From an uncultured Flavobacteriales bacterium (GTDB lineage: Bacteria > Bacteroidota > Bacteroidia > AKYH767-A > 2013-40CM-41-45), in NCBI GenBank assembly GCA_964486655.1, contig CAZAON010000022.1, forward strand, positions 1-43,998: 43,998 nt of DNA. The letters are read 5' to 3'. The position numbers were made by a program, and so were the translations under genes. Shown one piece after another: positions 36,006 through 43,998 of this stretch. Positions within the stretch are counted from its first letter, which is position 1, and each line of letters opens with the position of its first letter. The notes under the pieces are model-generated. The model was not told the origin of the DNA. It saw only the letters and a program-made list of their open reading frames with translations, and did no database searches.

Positions 36006-36743
36006 ATGAAATTTCTCGTTTGTATCTCCAGCGTGCCCGACACAACTGCAAAGATTAATTTCTCTGCAGATAACAAGGAACTGAATCCGGCCGGAGTAAC
36101 TTTTATTCTCAATCCCTACGACGAGTATGCTCTTTCGAAAGCTCTCGACCTGGCCGCTGCCGACAACTCTACCGTAACTGTTATAAACGTCGGAGATGCT
36201 ACTACCGAGCCTGTGATCAGGAAGGCATTGGCTATCGGCGCGAATGATGCAGTCAGAATAAACAGTGCGCCTCGTGATTCATATTTCGTTGCGAAACAGA
36301 TTGCTGATTACGTAAAAAAAAATCCGTTCGATCTGATATTATGCGGAAGAGAGTCAAGCGACTACAATGGTTCAAGTATGCCCGTCATGCTTGCGGAACT
36401 TTTGGAAATGCCATGTTTTCTTTTCGCGAAAAGTCTTACCTTAACAGGGACGAATGCGACACTGGATTGCGAAATTGAAGGCGGGAAAGAAGTAATTACA
36501 AGTCCGCTTCCATTCATCGCCGGAGCATCGGAAGGAATGGCTGAATGGAAAATTCCAAACATGCGTGGAATCATGTCTGCCCGTACAAAACCTCTTACAG
36601 TGCTGGAACCGGTTGGCGTTGATGCAAAGGTCAAAGTTACTTCATACGACAAGCCTTCTCCGAGAAGCGCCGTTAAAATGATTCCGGCTGATCAGTCAGG
36701 AAAACTATTTGAATTGTTAAGAGAAGAGAAAAAAATTATCTGA
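36006..36743 (+). CDS. etfB: electron transfer flavoprotein beta subunit
   Basis: 245 aa with the typical N-terminus MKFLVCISSVPDTTAKI and ETF beta layout. It is followed by etfA. Confidence 0.9.
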   Translation: MKFLVCISSVPDTTAKINFSADNKELNPAGVTFILNPYDEYALSKALDLAAADNSTVTVINVGDATTEPVIRKALAIGANDAVRINSAPRDSYFVAKQIADYVKKNPFDLILCGRESSDYNGSSMPVMLAELLEMPCFLFAKSLTLTGTNATLDCEIEGGKEVITSPLPFIAGASEGMAEWKIPNMRGIMSARTKPLTVLEPVGVDAKVKVTSYDKPSPRSAVKMIPADQSGKLFELLREEKKII

Positions 36744-36750
36744 GAAACAC

Positions 36751-37728
36751 ATGTCAGTACTCGTTTTCATAGAAAATACCCAGGGTCGCTTTAAGAAATC
36801 CGCTTTTGAAATCATTAGTTTCTCAAAAGTAATCGCTTCAAAACTGAATCTGCCGCTTGTCGCTTTATCTATCGGCAATGTGTCGGATGATGAATTGAAA
36901 AAAGCCGCTCAATACGGCGCAGAGAGAATTCTCAGTGTAAATACACCCGAACTTTCGGCTATCAATTCACAGCCATATGCAACTGTTATTGCGGAGGCTG
37001 CGAAAAGCGTTAATGCGAAAGTTGTTACAATGACTGCCGGATTTACCGGTAAGACCATTGCTCCTCGTGTTGCGGTAAAACTTGACGCCGGACTGGCAGA
37101 AAATGTCATCGATCTTCCGGCAATGGATCAGTCATTCATCGTTAAGAAGAATGCTTATTCAGGCAAGGCTTATTCTTATACTGAAATGCTGTCCGACAAT
37201 AAAGTCATCAGCATGCTGCCGAATTCATATAAAGTAGTTCCATCTCCGGTTGATCCGAAAATTGAAGCGTTCAGCGTACAGATTCCTGCAAAAGATTTAC
37301 AGGCGAAAGTTGTTGAAACCGTTCGTTCGACCGACAAGATTTCATTACCAGAAGCAGAGCTCGTTGTTTCTGCAGGCCGTGGAATGAAGGGGCCTGAAAA
37401 CTGGGGAATCATTGAAGAGCTTGCCAATATTCTCGGAGCCGCGACCGCATGCAGCAAACCTGTATCGGACGCAGGATGGAGACCACATTCGGAACACGTT
37501 GGTCAGACCGGTATTGCCATTAGTCCGAACCTGTACATCGCTGTAGGTATCAGCGGTGCCATCCAGCACCTGGCCGGTATCAGCTCATCGAAAGTTATCG
37601 TTGTTATCAATAAAGATCCTGAAGCGCCGTTCTTCAAATCGGCCGATTATGGCATTGTCGGTGACGCCATGGAAGTTGTTCCGGCACTGATTAAAGCCGC
37701 TAAAACATTTAAAGAAAATCAAAACTGA
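36751..37728 (+). CDS. etfA: electron transfer flavoprotein alpha subunit
   Basis: 325 aa with the C-terminal FAD-binding signature (VGQTG..I.P.LYIAVGISGAIQHLAG). Confidence 0.9.
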   Translation: MSVLVFIENTQGRFKKSAFEIISFSKVIASKLNLPLVALSIGNVSDDELKKAAQYGAERILSVNTPELSAINSQPYATVIAEAAKSVNAKVVTMTAGFTGKTIAPRVAVKLDAGLAENVIDLPAMDQSFIVKKNAYSGKAYSYTEMLSDNKVISMLPNSYKVVPSPVDPKIEAFSVQIPAKDLQAKVVETVRSTDKISLPEAELVVSAGRGMKGPENWGIIEELANILGAATACSKPVSDAGWRPHSEHVGQTGIAISPNLYIAVGISGAIQHLAGISSSKVIVVINKDPEAPFFKSADYGIVGDAMEVVPALIKAAKTFKENQN

Positions 37729-37805
37729 TTATCTTTTCTGTCTGACTTAAATATTTTTTTAATTTCTTCTATAAGGAGAGAAAGTACATAGGGAAATTCA
37801 GTACC

Positions 37806-38402
37806 ATGAAAAAAATTAAACTCGAGATAATCGGATTATCGTACAGCCAGACACAGTCCGGAGCCTATGCTCTCGTTCTTGGTGAAGAAAAAGGTAAACG
37901 AAGATTACCAATTATCATTGGAGCTTTCGAGGCTCAGGCAATAGCCATCGAACTCGAAAACATGACTCCGACTCGTCCGCTTACACACGATCTTTTCAAA
38001 AGCCTCGCCCAGTCATTCGATATCGAAGTGGAAGAGGTCATCATTTTCAATCTCCTCGAAGGAGTTTTTTATGCAAAGCTTATTTGCAATAACGGCGACA
38101 AGAAAATGGAAATCGATGCACGTACAAGTGATGCCATTGCTATTGCCGTTCGTTTCGGTTGTCCGATTTATACGTACGAATTTATTCTTTCTTCTGCCGG
38201 CATCGTTCTCGAAGACAATGCTCCCCTTGAAGCAATCGAAGAGCATGTTGAACGACCACCTGTTACAAAACTTTCCGAAAAAGAATTAAGCGCTGCAAGC
38301 ACCGATGAATTAAAGGAAATGCTTAAGCGTGCCATTGATGAAGAGGCGTATGAGAAGGCGGGGAGAATCAGGGATGAGTTGAATAAGAGGCAGACTTCTT
38401 AA
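37806..38402 (+). CDS. bifunctional nuclease (BFN/DUF151) family protein with a C-terminal UVR motif
   Basis: 198 aa with LPIIIGAFEAQAI...RPLTHDL and a C-terminal EEAYEKAGRIRDEL UVR-like helix. Confidence 0.85.
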   Translation: MKKIKLEIIGLSYSQTQSGAYALVLGEEKGKRRLPIIIGAFEAQAIAIELENMTPTRPLTHDLFKSLAQSFDIEVEEVIIFNLLEGVFYAKLICNNGDKKMEIDARTSDAIAIAVRFGCPIYTYEFILSSAGIVLEDNAPLEAIEEHVERPPVTKLSEKELSAASTDELKEMLKRAIDEEAYEKAGRIRDELNKRQTS

Positions 38403-38430
38403 CAATTACAAATTAAGATTTACAAATTAC
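38403..38430 (+). repeat. tandem heptamer array CAATTAC AAATTAA GATTTAC AAATTAC directly after the stop codon
   Basis: Read directly from the sequence. It is the same word family as 14089-14102 and 22008-22028. Confidence 0.8.
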
Positions 38431-38500
38431 GAATATCGTTCAAGTCGAAGTTTTTTTGCCTAGTTGAACAAGTAACTTCCCGGCTTTAAATTTTGCTTTT

Positions 38501-39748
38501 TTAGTGAGCAGGAATTGGAACCTGTTTGTGTTTGTGTTTGAACAGAACTGCGAATAAAACTGAAACTACAAGCGCATAAATCGCGAATGTCAGCCAGATG
38601 CTATGCCAGTCCTTTGTTCCATTTTCTCCTGTATAAAAAGTGTCTATCAGCCATCCGCTGATTTTACTTCCGAAAAAAGCTCCTAGTCCGTTCGTCATCA
38701 TCATGAAAAGTCCCTGGGCACTTGCTCTTATTTTCGGACTCGTTTCAGTTTCGACAAAAAGTGAGCCGGAGATGTTGAAGAAGTCGAATGCCATTCCGTA
38801 CACGATACAAGAAAGTACAATCATCCACAGACCCGCACCCGGATCGCCATAAGCGAAGAGTCCGAACCGGAGCACCCAGGCAATCATGCTGAACAGCATC
38901 ACATTTTTGATTCCGAATTTGCTTAGGAAAAACGGAATCGTAAGTATGAAAAGCGTTTCTGAAATCTGTGAGATAGACATAATGATGGCCGGATATTTTA
39001 CCGTTAATGTCTCGGCAAATTCCGGTATCAGTTTGAAGTCATGTAAAAAAGTGTCGCCATACATATTTGTTAACTGCAATGCCGCGCCCAGAAGCATGGC
39101 GAAGAAAAAGAACATGATCATTTTATACTGACGGAAAAGACTGATGGCTTCCAGTCCTAATTTTTCAAGTATGCTCTTCTTATCTGTCCCCTGCTGTGGT
39201 CTGCATGCAGGTAATGTGAAAGAATAAATTCCCAATGTAAGTGAGGCTGCCGATGCGATGTAGAATTGAACGGCAGTAGTTTCCTGATGCAGCAAACTAA
39301 CGGTCCACATAGCGACAATAAATCCAACTGTTCCCCAAACTCTTATTGGAGGGAAAACCTTTACCACATCAAACTTAGCCTCCTTCAATATGGAGTATGA
39401 AACCGCATTCGACAGAGAAATTGTCGGCATGTAACACATCATGTTCAATAGCATTACCCAGTAAATGGTCTTTGGGTCATCAACCATAGGCAGACAAAAA
39501 AGGACAATGCTGCCAAGTATGTGTAAAAGTCCGAGCAGCTTTTCGCCATTCATCCATTTATCGGCAATGATTCCGATAAGCGGAGGCATGATAATGGAAG
39601 AAATACCCAGGGTCGAGAATAACTCCCCGAAGTCGGAACCCGACCAGCCTTTGTTTTGAAACCAGTAAGCAGAGATAGTTATCAACCAAGATCCCCAGAT
39701 AAAAAATTGCAAAAAACTCGTTATGGTAAGCCTGAATTTCAATCCCAT
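38501..39748 (-). CDS. nupG: nucleoside:H+ symporter (NupG/XapB family MFS permease)
   Basis: 415 aa with 12 TM segments and N-terminal RLTITSFLQFFIWGSWL, typical of the family. Confidence 0.8.
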   Translation of the reverse strand: MGLKFRLTITSFLQFFIWGSWLITISAYWFQNKGWSGSDFGELFSTLGISSIIMPPLIGIIADKWMNGEKLLGLLHILGSIVLFCLPMVDDPKTIYWVMLLNMMCYMPTISLSNAVSYSILKEAKFDVVKVFPPIRVWGTVGFIVAMWTVSLLHQETTAVQFYIASAASLTLGIYSFTLPACRPQQGTDKKSILEKLGLEAISLFRQYKMIMFFFFAMLLGAALQLTNMYGDTFLHDFKLIPEFAETLTVKYPAIIMSISQISETLFILTIPFFLSKFGIKNVMLFSMIAWVLRFGLFAYGDPGAGLWMIVLSCIVYGMAFDFFNISGSLFVETETSPKIRASAQGLFMMMTNGLGAFFGSKISGWLIDTFYTGENGTKDWHSIWLTFAIYALVVSVLFAVLFKHKHKQVPIPAH

Positions 39749-39824
39749 AGATAAGGTTATTTAAATGTCTCGAAATATACTTTATTTATATTTGAACAAC
39801 AATCGGCTCAGGGCTAATTGTTTC

Positions 39825-39832
39825 TATTTTTG
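39825..39832 (+). promoter_or_regulatory. candidate -7 promoter box TATTTTTG for thyA-folA
   Basis: Matches TAnnTTTG, 19 nt upstream of the ATG at 39852. A second match, TATATTTG, lies at 39787-39794. Confidence 0.4.
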
Positions 39833-39851
39833 CCGGATCAATAAAGAATAC

Positions 39852-40646
39852 ATGAAGCAATACCTTGATCTTCTGCAACACGTAATGAAGAGCGGGACTG
39901 AAAAAAGCGACCGTACCGGAACCGGCACTAAAAGTGTTTTTGGCTACCAGATGCATTTTGATTTACAAAAGGGTTTCCCGTTACTTACCACAAAAAAATT
40001 ACATACACGTTCCATTTTTCATGAACTGCTTTGGTTCATTAAGGGTGATACAAACATAAAATACCTGAAGGATAATGGTGTTTCGATCTGGGATGAGTGG
40101 GCTGATGAAAACGGTGAGCTCGGTCCGGTTTACGGTTCACAATGGAGAGCATGGAAGACAACGGATGGACGCACGATTGATCAGCTATCGAATGTTATCG
40201 AGCAGATAAAGAAGAATCCGGATTCGCGTCGCCTGATTGTGAGCGCATGGAATGTCGGTGAAATCGATAAGATGAAACTTCCTCCGTGTCATGCATTTTT
40301 TCAGTTTTATGTGGCAGACGGAAGATTATCCTGCCAGCTCTATCAGCGAAGCGCGGATATATTTTTAGGCGTACCCTTCAACATAGCCAGTTATGCGGCT
40401 TTCACGATGATGGTCGCGCAGGTGTGTAATCTGAAACCGGGAACATTCGTTCATACTCTTGGTGATGCACACATTTACAGCAATCACTTTGAGCAGGTGA
40501 ATCTTCAGCTTACAAGAGATCCGCGTCCATTGCCGCAGCTTGAATTGAATCCGGCCGTGAAAAGCATTTTTGATTTTACATATGACGATATGAAGATCGT
40601 GAATTACGATCCGCATCCACATATAAAAGGAGCAGTAGCAATCTGA
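39852..40646 (+). CDS. thyA: thymidylate synthase
   Basis: 264 aa from MKQYLDLL, with DRTGTGT and the catalytic LPPCH motif. The listed start at 39765 is rejected. Confidence 0.95.
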   Translation: MKQYLDLLQHVMKSGTEKSDRTGTGTKSVFGYQMHFDLQKGFPLLTTKKLHTRSIFHELLWFIKGDTNIKYLKDNGVSIWDEWADENGELGPVYGSQWRAWKTTDGRTIDQLSNVIEQIKKNPDSRRLIVSAWNVGEIDKMKLPPCHAFFQFYVADGRLSCQLYQRSADIFLGVPFNIASYAAFTMMVAQVCNLKPGTFVHTLGDAHIYSNHFEQVNLQLTRDPRPLPQLELNPAVKSIFDFTYDDMKIVNYDPHPHIKGAVAI

Positions 40647-40650
40647 TTTT

Positions 40651-41133
40651 ATGCTTTCAATCATCGTCGCACTTTCGGAGAATAATGTCATAGGCAGGGA
40701 TAACGGCTTGCCCTGGAGACTTTCGGCCGATCTCAAACGGTTGAAAGGACTTACGATGGGTCATCACATTATCATGGGAAGAAGGACGTGGGAGAGTCTG
40801 GGTCGTCCATTGCCGGGCAGACAGAATGTTGTAATTACCCGTGATAGAAATTTTTCCGCAGAAGGCGCAATCATAGTTCATTCACTCGATGAAGCTTTAA
40901 AAGTTGCTGCAAATGATAGTGAGGTTTTTATTTTCGGAGGAGGTAAGGTGTTTGCAGAAGCTCTTCCTAAAGTTGAAAAAATTTATTTGACAAAAGTGCA
41001 TACGAAAATTGATGGGGATACTTTTTTTCCGGCATTGAACGAAGGCGAATGGAAAGAAATTGAAAGACATGAATTCTCCTCCGATGAAAAAAATGAATTT
41101 GATTATTCTTTTGTAACAGTAGAGAGAATTTAA
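40651..41133 (+). CDS. folA: dihydrofolate reductase
   Basis: 160 aa with IGRDNGLPWRL and MGRRTWESL motifs. It lies 4 nt after thyA. Confidence 0.95.
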   Translation: MLSIIVALSENNVIGRDNGLPWRLSADLKRLKGLTMGHHIIMGRRTWESLGRPLPGRQNVVITRDRNFSAEGAIIVHSLDEALKVAANDSEVFIFGGGKVFAEALPKVEKIYLTKVHTKIDGDTFFPALNEGEWKEIERHEFSSDEKNEFDYSFVTVERI

Positions 41134-41305
41134 TTTTATAGCCACAGATTTCACGGATGTCGCAAATGAAAATTTCTGTTTCTCTCAGTTAATTCCGTTT
41201 CTCCGTTGTTATTTTTTCTTCCGTTGGGCGAAGTTTATCGCGCATTCCACCCTTCATGTTAAGCTACCACGTCAACACGCAATAACTTCGTCCTGCGTAA
41301 AATCA

Positions 41306-43504
41306 TTACGGATGAACAACTGTCGCTACAACCGGAGCAGGAGCAGACATCTCAATCTGATTTTTACCGACAGGCTCAACATTTGTATGTGCAGGTTTCT
41401 GTAAAAGCGGAGCGATTACAAGAGAAACGATTGCGGTAAGTTTGATGAGGATGTTCATAGACGGACCTGAAGTATCTTTGAACGGATCACCAACTGTATC
41501 ACCGGTAACGGCAGCTTTATGCGGCTCGCTTCCTTTGTAATACATCTGACCGTTTATCTCAACACCTTTTTCAAAACTTTTCTTTGCATTATCCCAGGCG
41601 CCACCGGCATTACTCTGGAAGATAGCCATTAACACACCGCTAACTGCTACACCTGCCATCACCGACGCAAGTACCTGTGCACCATCGGCACCGAATCCGA
41701 AACCGATGATAATAGGAGTGGCGATAGCAAGTACACCCGGAAGTAACATCAGGCGCAATGCAGCGGAAGTTGAAATCTGAATACACTTATCATAATCAGG
41801 TGCGACACCTTCTTTGCCTTCTAACAGTCCGGCGATCTCGCGGAACTGACGGCGAACTTCGACGACCATTGAGTTGGCTGCCTGTCCGACCGCACGCATG
41901 GCAAGAGCAGAGAAGAGGAAAGGTATCATTCCGCCTATGAATAATCCGGCCAGAACTTTTGCATTCGAAATATCGATTACTTCAATACCTGTAATTTCTT
42001 TAAACGCCGCGAAGAGAGCGAGTGATGTAAGTGCTGCAGATGCAATAGCGAATCCTTTTCCGATAGCCGCTGTTGTGTTACCGACTGTATCTAAGATATC
42101 TGTTTTCTCACGAACTTCTTTTGGTAGGTGACTCATTTCTGCAATACCACCGGCGTTATCGGCGATCGGACCGAAGGCGTCGATTGCAAGCTGAATACCC
42201 GTTGTTGCCATCATACCTGATGCGGCGATTGCCACACCGTAAATTCCGGCTACACTATATGAAACAATGATACCGCCGGCAAGAACGAGAATCGGTAATG
42301 CAGTGCTGATCATACCTACGCTTAATCCGCTGATGATATTTGTTGCAGCACCTGATATGGATTGTCTTGCGATAGTCTGTACCGGATTTTTACCCATTGA
42401 ACAATAGAATTCAGTAATGATACTCATCAATGCTCCGACGATAAGTCCGATAACGACAGTAGAGAATACATTAAAACTTGTAAACGTTTCGCCTTTGATC
42501 TGAAAAGTTGCGGGAAGCATCATGTCGATTACGAAATACGATGCGATGGCAGTAAGTATGATTGCACCCCAGTTGCCTTTGTTTAAGGCAGCTTGCGGAT
42601 TACCGTTTTCTTTTATGCGAACGAACCATGTACCGACGACAGAGAATACTAATCCGACGATGGCAAGAACAAGCGGAAGAACAACGGCTGACATTCCGTG
42701 AAACTGATCTTCGCCGGCCGCAATAGTAACAGAAGCTCCGAGAACCATTGTAGCTAATACAGTACTTACATAAGAACCGAAAAGATCGGCACCCATTCCG
42801 GCAACATCACCAACGTTATCACCCACGTTATCGGCGATAACGGCAGGGTTACGCGGATCGTCTTCCGGAATTCCGGCTTCAACTTTACCAACAAGATCGG
42901 CACCGACATCGGCAGCCTTTGTAAAAATTCCGCCACCAACACGAGCGAACAAAGCGATACTTTCAGCACCGAGTGAAAATCCTGTTAATACTTCGAGTAC
43001 TCTCTTAAGTGGAGCTCCAAGTTGGTTGTCCACATTAAATAAGTGCTGGAATAAAATGAATAATAGACTTAATCCCAGGATACCGAGAGCGGCAACGCTG
43101 ATTCCCATTACAGAACCACCGGAGAAAGAAATATATAATGCTTTTGAAAGACTTGTTCTTGCTGCATTAGTGGTACGAACATTTGCTTTAGTCGCGACAC
43201 GCATACCGACATAACCTGCAAATGCGGAAAGGAAAGCTCCGATCACAAAAGCAAAAACGATAAGAGGAGATGAAGCGACCGGATCGGCAGATGCAAAGAG
43301 AAATATACCGACGATAACAACAAATATTGCAAGGAGTTTATACTCGGCTTTCAGAAATGACATGGCACCTGCAGCTATATATCCTGCGATTTGTTTCATC
43401 CTGTCTGTACCTGCATCTTCTTTTGAAATTCGGGCAGTTAAGATTGATGAGTAAATCAGTGCCAGTATTGCGATTCCCGGAATCAGGTATAAAATCATTT
43501 CCAT
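41306..43504 (-). CDS. hppA: membrane-bound ion-translocating pyrophosphatase, K+-dependent type
   Basis: 732 aa with about 16 TM segments and the motifs DNVGDNVGD and [13 protein letters not shown]. The Ala in GNTTAA is the K+-dependent signature. Confidence 0.95.
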   Translation of the reverse strand: MEMILYLIPGIAILALIYSSILTARISKEDAGTDRMKQIAGYIAAGAMSFLKAEYKLLAIFVVIVGIFLFASADPVASSPLIVFAFVIGAFLSAFAGYVGMRVATKANVRTTNAARTSLSKALYISFSGGSVMGISVAALGILGLSLLFILFQHLFNVDNQLGAPLKRVLEVLTGFSLGAESIALFARVGGGIFTKAADVGADLVGKVEAGIPEDDPRNPAVIADNVGDNVGDVAGMGADLFGSYVSTVLATMVLGASVTIAAGEDQFHGMSAVVLPLVLAIVGLVFSVVGTWFVRIKENGNPQAALNKGNWGAIILTAIASYFVIDMMLPATFQIKGETFTSFNVFSTVVIGLIVGALMSIITEFYCSMGKNPVQTIARQSISGAATNIISGLSVGMISTALPILVLAGGIIVSYSVAGIYGVAIAASGMMATTGIQLAIDAFGPIADNAGGIAEMSHLPKEVREKTDILDTVGNTTAAIGKGFAIASAALTSLALFAAFKEITGIEVIDISNAKVLAGLFIGGMIPFLFSALAMRAVGQAANSMVVEVRRQFREIAGLLEGKEGVAPDYDKCIQISTSAALRLMLLPGVLAIATPIIIGFGFGADGAQVLASVMAGVAVSGVLMAIFQSNAGGAWDNAKKSFEKGVEINGQMYYKGSEPHKAAVTGDTVGDPFKDTSGPSMNILIKLTAIVSLVIAPLLQKPAHTNVEPVGKNQIEMSAPAPVVATVVHP

Positions 43505-43537
43505 TTTAGAATGTTTAGGTTATTTTTTCGAGGGGTG

Positions 43538-43545
43538 CAAAGGTA
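43538..43545 (-). promoter_or_regulatory. candidate -7 promoter box TACCTTTG for hppA
   Basis: The reverse complement of caaaggta matches TAnnTTTG. It lies 33 nt upstream of the ATG. A possible -33 TTTG lies at 43565-43568. Confidence 0.45.
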
Positions 43546-43574
43546 AACTAATCGAGAAAAAAAGCAAACGAGGA

Positions 43575-43741
43575 GGGGGTGGGGGGCTGCAGGTTCTGGG
43601 CGATATATTAAGATCATGTTCCGGGTTGGGGGCTGCAGGTTCGAAACGATATATTAGGCTACTGTTTCGGGTTTCGGGTTGGGGGGATGCATGTTTGAAG
43701 GGATATATTAATAATGTGTTTCGGGTTACGGGTTTTGGGTT
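43575..43741 (-). repeat. three direct composite repeat units (47-61 nt): GGGGGCTGCAGGTTCG - GATATATTA core - (GTTTCGG)n on the plus strand
   Basis: Units lie at 43581-43627, 43628-43680 and 43681-43741. GATATATTA occurs at 43602, 43648 and 43702. Confidence 0.9.
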
Positions 43742-43825
43742 GAGCAACATGAACTTAGTTGCAAAATTATTTTCTACTTGCATTGGAAGTAACTCATTAT
43801 TAGTGATCAAGATTTTTTTTGGAGG

Positions 43826-43998
43826 AAACTCGAAACTCGAAACCCGAAACTGTATCATAATATATCCCCCGAACTAGCAGCCCCCCGAACCACCAGCCCC
43901 CCAACCCCAAACCCGTAACCCGAAACGAATCCTTAATATATCGTTTCGAACTTGCAGCCCCTCGAACCAGCAGCCCCCCAACCCGAAACCCGTAACCC
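43826..43998 (+). repeat. at least two and a half copies of the same composite unit in inverted orientation, truncated by the window end
   Basis: Units lie at 43826-43886 and 43903-43961, with extra GAACCNNCAGCCCCCC modules. The last unit starts at 43980. Confidence 0.9.

Noticed and set aside
41134-41305. Hidden RNA gene or terminator in the 172-bp convergent folA/hppA spacer (TCCGTT x3, imperfect acaga...tctgt hairpin)
   Set aside because: The hairpins are short and imperfect with no U-tract, and I recognise no conserved RNA motif. I left it unannotated.
43628-43660. tRNA-like T-arm sequence GCAGGTTCGAAAC inside the repeat units
   Set aside because: There is no complementary T-stem 3' half, no acceptor stem and no anticodon arm. 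It is only a chance resemblance to GGTTCGAA.
43520-43877. ORFs 43520-43858 (-) and 43626-43877 (+), 112 and 83 aa
   Set aside because: They lie entirely within the composite repeats. Their translations are low-complexity repeat read-through (PKPVTRN, PQPETRN, PPPP) and they overlap each other on opposite strands.
43575-43998. Possible CRISPR array
   Set aside because: The repeats are directly adjacent with no unique spacers. They are degenerate, present in both orientations, and no cas genes are in the window.
1-43998. Mobile genetic elements, prophage or defence islands
   Set aside because: No transposase, integrase, recombinase, phage structural, restriction-modification, toxin-antitoxin or cas-like ORFs are present in the six-frame track. 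Gene content is housekeeping throughout.

Overview
This is a chromosomal segment that looks like Bacteroidota. The evidence is a T9SS sortase PorU, type A and type B T9SS C-terminal sorting domains, a type III glutamine synthetase, TAnnTTTG -7 promoter boxes, and no Shine-Dalgarno signals. It carries about 36 densely packed genes, mostly housekeeping. They include an ABC permease, upp, radC, rpsT, a MATE pump, a phenylacetate/beta-oxidation-like block (3-hydroxyacyl-CoA dehydrogenase, DUF853 ATPase, PaaI, thiolase, PaaY-like), a fused 2-oxoacid dehydrogenase E1, porU, prfA, an AIR-synthase-like gene, a large OmpA/LysM protein, glnN, a PKD adhesin, a desaturase, a DEAD-box helicase, pdhB, etfBA, a BFN nuclease, a nucleoside permease, thyA-folA and hppA. 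I found no rRNA, tRNA, CRISPR array, transposase, integrase or recognisable defence genes. The unusual content is non-coding. Almost every intergenic spacer holds short tandem arrays with a 7-nt period (also 8 and 12 nt). There are several word families, and each is strand-biased relative to the flanking genes: (AACCCGA)n lies upstream of start codons, while AAATTAC, GATTGAA and GTACAAA arrays lie directly after stop codons. At the right edge these words combine with a GGGGGCTGCAGG / GATATATTA module into an inverted mosaic longer than 420 bp. A lone four-helix-bundle gene (23S rRNA IVS / Avd family) downstream of prfA is bracketed by inverted arrays of a CCTGCACTTT word. All functional readings of these repeats are inference and need genome-wide and transcript data.
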